Below, piece by piece: positions 27,725 through 37,092 of a stretch of 37,092 bases of DNA. The notes under the pieces were generated by a model. That model saw only the letters and a program-made list of their open reading frames with translations, had not been told where the DNA came from and searched no databases. This stretch comes from Pseudomonadota bacterium (GTDB lineage: Bacteria; Pseudomonadota; Alphaproteobacteria; MPNO01). Both the position numbers and the translations under genes were made by a program. Location of the stretch: assembly GCA_036339495.1 (NCBI GenBank), contig JAYZAW010000100.1, positions 1-37,092 of the forward strand. The letters are read 5' to 3'. Within the stretch, counting starts at the first letter, position 1. Each line of letters begins with the position of its first letter.

Positions 27725-29796
27725 GTAGCGCGCCTCACGATGACGTTGCCGAAATCATCGACCTCGCCGGCGAGACCTGGATCGATGAAAATTGTCGTGT
27801 CGGTCTGTTCCAGAATTGCCGGGCCCGTGATGCGCGCGCCGATCGGCAGCGCCAAGCGGTCATGAATCCGCGTGGTTTGCCAGCCGCCATCAACCCAGAC
27901 CTGCCGTTCCGACGTAACCGTATCTTCGACCGAACCAGTGGCCGTCGGGCGCAGCGCCGTCAGATCGAATTTCGGCTGCCGCCCGATCACCGCCGTTCGA
28001 AGTGATAGGATGCGCACGCCGATATCGTCGAGCAGGCGGCCATAGGTTCGCCGATAGGCGTCTTCAAAGGCGTCACGAATGCCGTCGCAAGTAATCCCGG
28101 CGGATTTGTTTTCGATTTTGACCGATAGCGGCACGGGAACCGTGTGGGTCTGGCCGATATAGGACATGTCGAGTTCGAACTCGATATCAAGCCTTTCAAG
28201 ATTGACGCCCGATTGACGCAGCAATTCGAGGCCCTTATGGGCGGTCGCCGTCATTTCGGAATCCAGCGCGGCGATGTCGAGGCCGTCCAGCGGCCGGTTG
28301 ATGGTGTGAACGAAATCATGACGCATATCGGCGATTACGCAGCCCATGGCGCTGGTGACGCCCGGAAATCGCGGCACGATAGCGCTGTCGAGCCCAACTT
28401 CGCGGATCAGTACGCCGGAATGAAGCGAGCCCGCGCCGCCGAACGGCATGGCGGCAAAGTTCTTTGGATCATGGCCGCGTTCAATCGAAACCAGACGGAT
28501 CGCGCCGGCCATGCGTGAATTAGCGACGCGCACGATGGCTTCGGCCGCTTCCATGACGCCCAAACCAAGCGGTTCCGCCACGTGAGATTCGATTGCCGCC
28601 TTGGCGGCTTCCGTATCGAGCTTGTCGATCTTGCCGCCGATCGGCTTGTCGCCGTTGATGCGTCCCATGACAAGATTGGCGTCGGTCACCGTCGGGCGGT
28701 CATTGCCGAGCCCGTAACAGACCGGTCCCGGGTCCGAGCCCGCTGATTCCGGCCCAATTTGTAAGAAGCCGCCGCGATCGACCCAGGCGATCGAGCCGCC
28801 GCCCGCGCCGATGGTGGTGATCTCGATCATCGGCGTGCGGATGACCAGCCCGAAATCAATTGAGCTTTGCAGTGACTGCGCCGCCCTGCCCTCGGACACC
28901 AGCGCCACGTCGAAGCTGGTGCCGCCCATGTCGCAGGTAATGACATTGGAAAACCCCGCCGCTTCCGCGATATACGCGCCCGCGATCACGCCGGCGGCCG
29001 GGCCCGACAAAGCGGTGCGCACCGGCAATGTGCGGGCGGTATCGGCCGACATTACCCCGCCATTGGATTGCACGATTAGCAATTCGCCGTTGAAGCCTTC
29101 CTCGCCGAGCCGTTCATCGAGCCGCCCGAGATATTTCCCGACCACCGGCTGCAGGCAGACATTCAGTGCCGTGGTTGACGCGCGTTCAAACTCCCGGATT
29201 TCGGGCAAGATCAGCGACGAAGCATTGACGCAGTCATTTGGCCAGATCGCGCGCACGGCCTCCAAGGCCGCAAGTTCGTTTTCGCTATTGGCGTATGCGT
29301 TGATAAAAACGATACCGACCGCCTCGCAGCCATCATCGAGCAATTGCCGGGCCGCGCGGGTGACTTCTTCTGTATCCACCGGTTTCATCACGGATCCGTC
29401 GGCCAGCATGCGTTCGTCGACTTCGATTGACAGATCACGCGGCACCACATGTTTGAAGCTGCCCCACAGCCCCCAGGTGTTGGGCCGGTCGCGCCGGCGC
29501 ATTTCCAGAACGTCGCGGAAGCCCTTGGTGGTGATCAGCCCGGTACGCGCGCCCTTGCGTTCCAGCAACGCGTTGGTGCCGATCGTGGTGCCATGCACGA
29601 TGGACGCGACCGGCGCCAGCTCTTTGACCGCCGATGACACGCCTTCCAGAAACCCTTGCGCGATATCGCCCCGCACCGAAGGTACTTTCACGATGCCGAA
29701 TTCGCCGCTGGCTTCATCGGCAAAGAACACGTCCGTGAAGGTGCCGCCCACATCGACGCCGACGACGATGCTCGGTGTTTTGTCTGTATCGCTCAT
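27721..29796 (-). CDS. Hydantoinase A / 5-oxoprolinase ATP-binding subunit
   Basis: DVGGTFTD, HGTT, REFERASTT, SGPAAG, DMGGTSFD, GAGGGSI, SAGSDPGP, TVTDAN. Confidence 0.95.
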   Translation of the reverse strand: MSDTDKTPSIVVGVDVGGTFTDVFFADEASGEFGIVKVPSVRGDIAQGFLEGVSSAVKELAPVASIVHGTTIGTNALLERKGARTGLITTKGFRDVLEMRRRDRPNTWGLWGSFKHVVPRDLSIEVDERMLADGSVMKPVDTEEVTRAARQLLDDGCEAVGIVFINAYANSENELAALEAVRAIWPNDCVNASSLILPEIREFERASTTALNVCLQPVVGKYLGRLDERLGEEGFNGELLIVQSNGGVMSADTARTLPVRTALSGPAAGVIAGAYIAEAAGFSNVITCDMGGTSFDVALVSEGRAAQSLQSSIDFGLVIRTPMIEITTIGAGGGSIAWVDRGGFLQIGPESAGSDPGPVCYGLGNDRPTVTDANLVMGRINGDKPIGGKIDKLDTEAAKAAIESHVAEPLGLGVMEAAEAIVRVANSRMAGAIRLVSIERGHDPKNFAAMPFGGAGSLHSGVLIREVGLDSAIVPRFPGVTSAMGCVIADMRHDFVHTINRPLDGLDIAALDSEMTATAHKGLELLRQSGVNLERLDIEFELDMSYIGQTHTVPVPLSVKIENKSAGITCDGIRDAFEDAYRRTYGRLLDDIGVRILSLRTAVIGRQPKFDLTALRPTATGSVEDTVTSERQVWVDGGWQTTRIHDRLALPIGARITGPAILEQTDTTIFIDPGLAGEVDDFGNVIVRRAT

Positions 29797-31502
29797 GTCG
29801 CCATTCTCGTCACTTTTCCATTGACTGCAACGGAAACCCCGTAATCCCGTTCCGCGCCGGCTTCGGTGATCATGCCCTGACGCAGGTCGCGTTCGATGTC
29901 AGCCAATTCACGGTTCGCGGGCGAACCATACCCGCCGCCGCCGGGGCTTTCGACCCGCACCCGCTGCCCGCGCCGCAGTTTGACACCCGACAGCTTGGCG
30001 CCGAGCGTCGGGCTGTGCTTCCCGTCCGACTGGTCATAAATTATCCGGTTCGGCGCACCGTACGAGCCGCCCAGAACTCCGAAGGCGGGAAAGACCGCGC
30101 GCTCGCCGAACACCACCACATCGGCTTCGTCGCCGGTCAATTCGAATTCATAGATGCAGCCGAGTCCGCCGCGCTGTCGGCCCGGGCCGCCGCTATCGGG
30201 ACGCAGCCCCCAATGGGTGATGCGCACCGGATAGGCGGCCTCCTGAATTTCCGCCGGCGGAATGTTCGCCATGCCGATCGGCGCGTTACCATGGCTCAAC
30301 CCGTCGCCTTCCGGATTACCACCCAGCCCGCCGCCGAAGAACGTAAACATGATGAAGCGCTCATCAGCGTCGCCGCGCCCTGAAAACAGTAGCGCGTTGA
30401 TGGTGCTGAAGGCCGCCCCGTTGACCCGGCCCGGCGCGCACTGCGCCATGGCGCCGAAGATAACGTCGATGGTGCGCATAATGTTTTCGGTATAGCCCGA
30501 AACCGGTTTTGGCGCGGGGGCCGACAAAATCGTGTTGTCGGGGATAATGAATTCGATCGGCGCCAGGCAGCCCGCATTGGCCGGCACTTCGGGGAATATA
30601 TGCTTTAACGCGACGAAGCAGACCGCCACGGTTGTCGCGTGGGTTACGTTCATCGGGCCTTCGCAGCAAGGGGCGGACCCGGTGAAATCCAGAATCAGGC
30701 GGTCGTCCTTGACGGTGAGTGCAAGCGCAATGCGCAGCGGCGCGTCGGTGATGCCGTCATTATCCAGATTGTCTTCGAATTGGTATGCGCCATCCGGAAT
30801 TTCACGGATCAGATCGCGCATCTGCGCGCCGGCTCGGGAATAGATTTCCGCCATGGCGTCGGCGATCACATCGTCGCCGAAATCGTCGAGCAGTTCGTGA
30901 AGCCGGGTTTCGCCCAACTCGAGCGCGCCGAGCTGGGCGTTCAGATCGCCATAGCTGTATCGCGGCATGCGGGTATTGGCGAGCAGGATATCGACCACGT
31001 CCTGGCGCATCTCTCCCCGGTCGAACAGTTTGACCGGCGGAATGCGCACGCCCTCCTGCATGATGTCGGTAGCGCGCGGGTTGTAGTTTCCGGCCACATT
31101 GCCGCCCACATCCAACCAATGCCCGGCCGATGCGAGATGGCAAAAAACCCGCCCGTCGCGGAATATGGGTTTGATAATCTTGATGTCATTCAGGTGTGTC
31201 GCGCCCACATAGGGATCGTTCAGCAGCCAGGCGTCGCCGGGCTGAAACCCGCCATCTTCTCCGGCGCGGTCGATCACCGCCTTGGTGGCGAAACTCATGG
31301 CGCCGATAAAAACGGGTAGGCCGGTTTTGCCCATGGCCACCGTCGCGCCGCTTACTGCGTCATATATGCCGTGGCTGCCGTCGCGCGCCTCCGCGATCAC
31401 CGGGCTGAACGCGGCGCGGAACAGGGTGGCGTCCATTTCATCGACGATCTGTTCCAGCCGGCCCCTTATGACCGCCAGCGCCACCGGATCAAATGTCGTC
31501 AT
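29793..31502 (-). CDS. Hydantoinase B / 5-oxoprolinase subunit, paralog 2
   Basis: AFSPVIAEARD, NDPYVGATHLND, HWLDVGG, QEGVRIPP, DSGGPGRQRGG, SPGGGGYG. Confidence 0.95.
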   Translation of the reverse strand: MTTFDPVALAVIRGRLEQIVDEMDATLFRAAFSPVIAEARDGSHGIYDAVSGATVAMGKTGLPVFIGAMSFATKAVIDRAGEDGGFQPGDAWLLNDPYVGATHLNDIKIIKPIFRDGRVFCHLASAGHWLDVGGNVAGNYNPRATDIMQEGVRIPPVKLFDRGEMRQDVVDILLANTRMPRYSYGDLNAQLGALELGETRLHELLDDFGDDVIADAMAEIYSRAGAQMRDLIREIPDGAYQFEDNLDNDGITDAPLRIALALTVKDDRLILDFTGSAPCCEGPMNVTHATTVAVCFVALKHIFPEVPANAGCLAPIEFIIPDNTILSAPAPKPVSGYTENIMRTIDVIFGAMAQCAPGRVNGAAFSTINALLFSGRGDADERFIMFTFFGGGLGGNPEGDGLSHGNAPIGMANIPPAEIQEAAYPVRITHWGLRPDSGGPGRQRGGLGCIYEFELTGDEADVVVFGERAVFPAFGVLGGSYGAPNRIIYDQSDGKHSPTLGAKLSGVKLRRGQRVRVESPGGGGYGSPANRELADIERDLRQGMITEAGAERDYGVSVAVNGKVTRMAT

Positions 31503-33190
31503 TGAATTTCGCCGTCCGCCATAAAGCCGACGTCATAATCCCGCTCCGCTCTTTCACGGGTGATCAGCCCAAGCCGCAAATCCTCGGCGATGGCCTCGGT
31601 TGCGCGCTCGCCCGGCGCGCCATAGCCGCCGCCGCCGGGGCTTTCGATGCGGACACTTTGGCCGGGCTTTAGTTTGACGCCAAAAAGCTTCGCGCCCATC
31701 GACGGCCGGTGGGCGCCGTCATCCTGCTGATACTCGACCACGTTTTTATCCGCCGGCAGACCTTCCAGAACGCCAGGCGGGTGGTAATTGCCACGCTCGC
31801 CCAAGACCACCAGATCAGCTTCATCATGTAGAGGTTCGATCTCATAGACCGCGCCCAGCCCACCGCGATGCCGTCCCGCGCCGCCGCTGTCGGGGCGCAG
31901 CGCCCATTGCTTGAAGATCACCGGAAAAGACGATTCCAGAACCTCGACCGGCGGGATAGTGGCCATGGAAATCGGCGCGTTACCGTGGCTCAGCCCATCG
32001 CCGTCCGGATGGCCGCCATGGCCGCCGCCGAAAAACGTGAATAATATCCAAGGGATGCCGGTGTGGCGCTTGCCGGAGATCAGCAGCGCATTGATGGTGC
32101 CATAGGGCGCGCCATTGACCCGGTCCGGCGCGATCTTGGCGAATACGGTGAACATCACATCGATCATGCGCAGGATGGTTTCGGTATAGCCGGAAACCGG
32201 TCTTGGCGCTTCGGCCGCCAGGATGCTGCCGTCCGGGATGATGACCTCGACCGGTTTCATGACGCCGGCATTGGCCGGCAATTCGTGGAAGATATGTTTC
32301 AGCCCGACGAAACATGCTGCCGCCGCCGTGGCGCGCGAAATGTTCAGCGGCCCGGCGCAGCCATCGGCTGAGTTCGAAAAATCGAGCGTCAGCCGGTCAC
32401 CCTTGATCGTTACTGTCAGTCCGATCGCCAGTGGTTCATCGACCACACCGTCATTGTCGAGAAAATCGAGCCCCTCATAGAGTCCATCTTCCAAAGCTTC
32501 GATTTCGGCGCGCATCAATGTTTCGGCGCGGCTCAGCATCTCGTCCATGGCCTGGGTGATCAGATCATCGCCATATTCGTCGAGCAGATCGTGCAACCGC
32601 CTCTCGCCGAGCTCCAACGCGCCGATCTGGGCTTGCAAATCGCCGTTCGCGCTGACCGGAAGGCGTGAATTGGCCAGTGCGATCTCGACCATGTCCTGTC
32701 GGATTTCGCCTCGGTCGAACAATTTGACCGGTGGAATGCGGACGCCCTCCTGCATGGAATCGGTCGCTTGCGGATTGTAATTGCCCGGCACATTGCCGCC
32801 GACATCCTGCCAGTGCCCGACGGAAGCAAGCTGGCAGAACACCATGCCGTCACGGAAGAACGGTTTGACCAACTTGTAGTCGTTCAGATGGGTCGCGCCG
32901 TCGTAAGGGTCGTTCATGAAAAAGACGTCGCCTTCATTGGGGCCGCCTTCGGCGTTGGCGCGGGCGATGGCCGCGCGCGCGGCGAAGCTCATCGCGCCGA
33001 CGAATATGGGCAGGCCGGCCTTGCCCTGGACCAGCGTATCGCCGGTTTCGGCGTGGTAGATGCCGTGGCTGCCGTCGCGCGCCTCGGCAATCACCGGGCT
33101 GAAGGCGCTGCGGAACAGCGCCGCGTCCATTTCATCGACGATTTGCTCGAGACGGCCGCGAATGACGGCGAGGGTGACGGGATCGATCAT
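31499..33190 (-). CDS. Hydantoinase B / 5-oxoprolinase subunit, paralog 1
   Basis: AFSPVIAEARD, NDPYDGATHLND, HWQDVGG, QEGVRIPP, DSGGAGRHRGG, SPGGGGYG. Confidence 0.95.
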   Translation of the reverse strand: MIDPVTLAVIRGRLEQIVDEMDAALFRSAFSPVIAEARDGSHGIYHAETGDTLVQGKAGLPIFVGAMSFAARAAIARANAEGGPNEGDVFFMNDPYDGATHLNDYKLVKPFFRDGMVFCQLASVGHWQDVGGNVPGNYNPQATDSMQEGVRIPPVKLFDRGEIRQDMVEIALANSRLPVSANGDLQAQIGALELGERRLHDLLDEYGDDLITQAMDEMLSRAETLMRAEIEALEDGLYEGLDFLDNDGVVDEPLAIGLTVTIKGDRLTLDFSNSADGCAGPLNISRATAAAACFVGLKHIFHELPANAGVMKPVEVIIPDGSILAAEAPRPVSGYTETILRMIDVMFTVFAKIAPDRVNGAPYGTINALLISGKRHTGIPWILFTFFGGGHGGHPDGDGLSHGNAPISMATIPPVEVLESSFPVIFKQWALRPDSGGAGRHRGGLGAVYEIEPLHDEADLVVLGERGNYHPPGVLEGLPADKNVVEYQQDDGAHRPSMGAKLFGVKLKPGQSVRIESPGGGGYGAPGERATEAIAEDLRLGLITRERAERDYDVGFMADGEIQ

Positions 33191-33254
33191 TGTTTAAATT
33201 TAATCCTGGAAACAGCCATATGATAATGTCTATCTGATGTGATGGGGAGGAGTC

Positions 33255-33833
33255 ATGACAGAAATTAGAAAGCTGATCACCGTCGTCCAATCGACGCGGT
33301 GGGAACAGGGCCAGGAAATCGACCCGCCATCGCACCAAGTCGCTGCGATCGCGGTGATCCGCAACCCATATGCGGGTCGGTATTCCCATGATTTGTCCTT
33401 GTTGGAGGAAGCCGGGGCCGAACTGGGCGAATTGCTGGCCGTGCGTGGGGTCGATGCGCTGGGGATCGCACCGGCTGACATTCACAGCTACGGCAAGGCC
33501 GCAATTGTCGGCACGGAAGGCGAAAAGGAACACGCCGCCGCCGTACTCCATCCCCGGCTTGGAAAACCGGTGCGCGAACTGATCGGTCCGGCGAGCGCGA
33601 TCATCCCGTCGGCGAAGAAAATTGGCGGGCCGGGCGCGACCATCGACTGCCCGCTGCATTACAAGGACGACGCCTGGAAGTTTAGCCACTTCGACGCCAT
33701 GGAAATTTCCGTCCCCGGTGCGCCACGGGCGGATGAGATCGTGGTGATCCTGGCGCTCAGCGACGCCGGGCGCCCGCTGCACCGCGTCGGCGAAGATCTA
33801 AATGTGTCCGATGTGATGTCGGCGAAGGAATGA
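33255..33833 (+). CDS. Amino acid synthesis family protein (AA_synth / DUF1185)
   Basis: EIRK, VIRNPYAG, SYGKAAIVGTEGEKEH, IDCPL, SHFD, APRADE, GRPLHR; GGAGG SD. Confidence 0.9.
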   Translation: MTEIRKLITVVQSTRWEQGQEIDPPSHQVAAIAVIRNPYAGRYSHDLSLLEEAGAELGELLAVRGVDALGIAPADIHSYGKAAIVGTEGEKEHAAAVLHPRLGKPVRELIGPASAIIPSAKKIGGPGATIDCPLHYKDDAWKFSHFDAMEISVPGAPRADEIVVILALSDAGRPLHRVGEDLNVSDVMSAKE

Positions 33834-34240
33834 CCGGCCAAACCAATCGGGAACTCATCGAACGCTTCTATGGTTAGGTAGGGAATCAATGGGATGCGGA
33901 TGTTGCGCGCGAGATTTTATCGCCGGATCTCGTGTTTCGCGGGTCGCTCGGTGTCGATGTAAACGGGCATGACGGTTTTCTCGGATATGTTGCGTTAATC
34001 CGGACCGCTTTTCCGGATTTTCACAATCAGATCGAAGAGATTGTTTCCGAGGAGTCCCATGCCGCCGCGCGGCTGACCTATAGCGGTACCCATCAAGGCG
34101 AGCTTTTTGGGAGGCAGGTGACGGAACGCGCAATTACCTAAGCCGGCGAGGCATTTTTCAAGTTTTCGGAAGGTAAGATCGATGAAATCTGGGTGCTGGG
34201 CGATCGCATGGCGCTCATGGAGCAGATAAACGCCCCATAG
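33830..34240 (+). pseudogene. SnoaL-like ester cyclase pseudogene (two nonsense codons)
   Basis: ATGA-coupled start; MTGQTNRELIERFYG*VGNQWD...FRGSLG...AFPDF...GTHQGELFG...AIT*AGEAFF...WVLGD...*; TAG 33875-33877, TAA 34139-34141. Confidence 0.85.
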
Positions 34241-34344
34241 ATATACGCAATTATGGCTTTTCGTGCCGTCATCCGTTAAACACGGCTCCATTTCGTACCC
34301 AACCATTCCTGGAGCGCTTCGTGACGGCGTCATCGATATCAAAC

Positions 34345-35607
34345 ATGTGTGTAACAATCAATTCCGTTGGGCTTATTCGGCCGTTCGCTGGCATCCGTCC
34401 GGGCGTCGGCTGGGCTGAAAAGGTGGCCGCGCCGCCCTATGACGTATTATCGACCGAGGAAGCGATCACGCGCGCCGGCGACAATGAATGGAATTTCCTA
34501 CATGTCTCGCGCCCCGAAATCGATCTGCCGCCGGGCAGCGATTCCCATGCGCCCGAGGCCTATGCGAAATCCGCTTCCAACATGAAGCGGATGTTGGCGG
34601 AAGGAGTGCTGCTCCGCGATGCCCAGTCGGCCTATTACGTTTACCGCGTTGAAGCCGACGGGCGGTCCCAGACCGGGTTGGTGGCCGCGGCTTCGGTGGC
34701 GGCATACGAAACCGGACGCATCCGCCGCCACGAATTGACACGGCCTGAAAAGGTCGAGGACCGTACGCGCCAAATCGATGCGCTCAACGCCCATACCGGG
34801 CCGGTGATGATGGCCTATCGGTCAACCCCGGCAGCCAATGAGATGCTCAAGAATATTTCGGCGCGCATGCCCGATATCGACGTTGTGGCCGATCACTGCG
34901 TCCGCCATTGTCTCTGGGTCGCCAATGATGCAAATGACATCGCCGGTTTGACCAAGGCGTTTGACGCCATGGAGGCGCTTTATATCGCCGATGGCCATCA
35001 TCGGTCGGAAGCCGCCCTGCGGGTTGCCCAGGAGCGCCGGGCCGCAAATCCTGATCATCGCGGCGACGAACCTTATAATTTTTTCCTGTCGGTAAATTTC
35101 CCGGAGGAAGAGGTCAACATCCTCGATTATAATCGGGTGGTCCGTGACCTCGGCTCCCAAACCCCTGAACGGCTGCTAGCGGAAATCAGCAGGCGTTTCA
35201 CTGTTCACCCCACCGAAGCCGCCTATCGACCTGATCAGCCCATGCGTTTCGGCATGTATCTCGACGGTCGCTGGTATGCGCTTTTGCTAGCGGATGATTT
35301 TGATGCGGGCGACGACCCCGTGGCTCGGCTGGATATCAGCCTGCTGGCGACCAATCTTCTTGAACCGCTACTCGGCATTACAGATCAACGGCTGGACACA
35401 AGGATCGATTTCGTCGGCGGTATCCGAGGTCTCGAAGGTCTGGAAGGCAGGGTCGATTCGGGTGAAATGGCGGTCGCGTTCTCGATTTTCCCCACTCAAA
35501 TGAACGATCTGATGTCGGTCGCCGATTCCGGCCGAGAAATGCCGCCGAAATCGACCTGGTTTGAGCCCAAGCTCGCCGACGGACTGATTTCTTATCCGAT
35601 AGATTAA
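34345..35607 (+). CDS. DUF1015 family protein
   Basis: IRPF, PPYDV, FLHV, HELTRPEK, YIADGHHR, ILDYNRVV, FVGGIRG, MPPKSTWFEPKL; start uncertain (GTG 34321 or ATG 34345). Confidence 0.93.
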   Translation: MCVTINSVGLIRPFAGIRPGVGWAEKVAAPPYDVLSTEEAITRAGDNEWNFLHVSRPEIDLPPGSDSHAPEAYAKSASNMKRMLAEGVLLRDAQSAYYVYRVEADGRSQTGLVAAASVAAYETGRIRRHELTRPEKVEDRTRQIDALNAHTGPVMMAYRSTPAANEMLKNISARMPDIDVVADHCVRHCLWVANDANDIAGLTKAFDAMEALYIADGHHRSEAALRVAQERRAANPDHRGDEPYNFFLSVNFPEEEVNILDYNRVVRDLGSQTPERLLAEISRRFTVHPTEAAYRPDQPMRFGMYLDGRWYALLLADDFDAGDDPVARLDISLLATNLLEPLLGITDQRLDTRIDFVGGIRGLEGLEGRVDSGEMAVAFSIFPTQMNDLMSVADSGREMPPKSTWFEPKLADGLISYPID

Positions 35608-35655
35608 ACCGGCCGCGCGTCAGGGGGCGAGAAGTCGTGCGGCCGGCCGACGCAG

Positions 35656-36573
35656 TCAGCGTAATTCAGCTGTCCGTGCGCCTCCCGTGACGATGCCGAT
35701 TTCAACCCGGCGATTTCGTGGTTCGACCTTCCCATCCGGCGTCAGCACGGCGGGTTTGTCCTCGCCATGCGACTCCATCCGAATGGTCGACCCATCGACG
35801 CCCGCGCTTGTGAAGGCATCCGAAACCTTATCGGTGCGGCGCTGGCTGAGTTTGGCGTTGTAAGGCCGCTTGCCGGACCGGTCGGCATGACCGGCGATCC
35901 GGACCACGGCCGCGCCGAGACGCTTTGCGGTGGCAATGGCTTTATCGAGGATTTTCTTGCCGGTTTCCGTGATCCGGGAGCTGTTGAGGTTGAACAGCAC
36001 CACATAGCCGGTCTGGGTAATGTCCTTGCGCTTGACGGTGGCGGATGCGGGGATGGCGCGCAGCAGTGGGGAAAGCGGGCGGTTTTCCGCGACTTTTTTT
36101 CGCATTTCGATGCCGGTGAGCAATTTCGAGAAGCGCTCACGACAGGCGGATATGTCATCGGGCTGGAAATTTTCTTCCTGTTCCTGCATCCAGCACTCGA
36201 AGGCGAGCTGAGCTTGTGCGGCGGTCTTTGGCTGATGCGCGCGCGTCGCATCATCCAATGTCGCGACCAGACGTTCCCGCGCCAGGGTCAGGTCGGGGAT
36301 TATGTTGGTGAGAAGTTTGCGTTTGGAAATTTCTTCCGGCGCCACCAATTCGCCGCGTCCTGAGCGAATTGCGCGGGTGGCAAACGCATTCGTGTCCACC
36401 AGATCAAGTTCGTCAAGCTCGGCGCCGGCCAATTTCAGATAGCCCGCATAAAGCGCCTTGTTGAAATCCGAACCGACAGGCCGCATTTTGGTGGCCTGGT
36501 CATAACTTGCGCTACAGCCTGATATAGCGGCGGCAAATACAAATAAAATGGCTGTTTTTAGGGGTCGTTGCAT
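35656..36573 (-). CDS. OmpA-family peptidoglycan-binding lipoprotein
   Basis: Lipobox ISGC; FECWMQEQEEN N-terminal domain; GHADRSG, YNAKLSQRR, NRRVEI. Confidence 0.9.
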   Translation of the reverse strand: MQRPLKTAILFVFAAAISGCSASYDQATKMRPVGSDFNKALYAGYLKLAGAELDELDLVDTNAFATRAIRSGRGELVAPEEISKRKLLTNIIPDLTLARERLVATLDDATRAHQPKTAAQAQLAFECWMQEQEENFQPDDISACRERFSKLLTGIEMRKKVAENRPLSPLLRAIPASATVKRKDITQTGYVVLFNLNSSRITETGKKILDKAIATAKRLGAAVVRIAGHADRSGKRPYNAKLSQRRTDKVSDAFTSAGVDGSTIRMESHGEDKPAVLTPDGKVEPRNRRVEIGIVTGGARTAELR

Positions 36574-36722
36574 AATCCGTCCTTTTCCGGAACTCTAATG
36601 TCCATATCGTTTTGGCGTTTATTTGAGGCAGGATCGGGGCGGAGAAGAGGAGTTTTCGTGACCATTCGAGGTCGCAAATGTGGCGGATTCGATTGATTGA
36701 GGCGATAATCGGCGCGATTTCA

Positions 36723-37092
36723 ATGTCTGGTTCGATAAATGACAGATCAACCTATCAGCCGGGAATTTTTGAGGCGGAAGATGCCGCCGATCCCTTGACG
36801 GGATTTCGGGGCGAATTTGATCTGCCCGAGGGTGTTCTCTATTTCGATGGCAATTCATTGGGTGCGCTGCCCAGGGCGACAAGCGCGCGCGTGAGTCAGG
36901 CCATCGGCCGGGAATGGGACCAGGATCTGATCGGAAGCTGGAATAGTCATGACTGGATAAATTTACCGTCCCGCGTCGGCGACAAAATTGCGCACTGTAT
37001 CGGCGCGGCTCCGGGAGAGGTGGTAGCGGCGGATTCCACCTCAATCAATCTGTTCGAGCTGCTGGTGGCCGCCCTACGTCTGCGACCGGGCC
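36723..37092 (+). CDS. kynU: Kynureninase, 5' partial (runs off the window)
   Basis: DPLTGFRGEF, YFDGNSLG, LIGSWN, VGDKIA, EVVAADSTSINLF; absent from the ORF track because no stop is reached. Confidence 0.9.
   Translation, partial: MSGSINDRSTYQPGIFEAEDAADPLTGFRGEFDLPEGVLYFDGNSLGALPRATSARVSQAIGREWDQDLIGSWNSHDWINLPSRVGDKIAHCIGAAPGEVVAADSTSINLFELLVAALRLRPG

Noticed and set aside
1373-34141. In-frame TAA/TAG/TGA codons as stop-codon reassignment or selenocysteine/pyrrolysine
   Set aside because: All three stops terminate conserved genes normally; the internal ones fall at different expected residues (E, Y, Q, S), each one substitution away, consistent with nonsense mutations

Overview
GC-rich alphaproteobacterial chromosomal segment, probably Rhodospirillales-like (inferred from gene order and protein families). 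Two housekeeping blocks form the backbone: ffh-rpsP-rimM-trmD-rplS-leuC-leuD-leuB-asd, and metX-metW divergent from chorismate mutase-hisC-tyrC. Catabolic accessory genes are interleaved: a Rieske oxygenase divergent from DUF3500; a UbiD decarboxylase head-to-head with a PaaK-like CoA ligase; two GSTs; and a translationally coupled hyuB-hyuB'-hyuA-amidohydrolase operon flanked by an acyl-CoA synthetase and an AA_synth/DUF1185 gene. DUF1015, an OmpA lipoprotein and partial kynU close the window. The best candidates for new biology are the two-B-subunit hydantoinase/oxoprolinase module, the UbiD + CoA ligase pair on a bidirectional leaderless promoter, a calcineurin-like pseudophosphatase missing most metal ligands, and a complete sigma54/IHF/dual-enhancer promoter with no obvious large target gene. 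Manual translation of intergenic DNA also shows several gene 'ghosts' absent from the ORF track (gloB, a TctC/Bug binding protein, a P450) and nonsense-interrupted genes. No rRNA, tRNA, CRISPR, transposase or phage genes were seen. All calls come from motif recognition by eye; no database searches were run.
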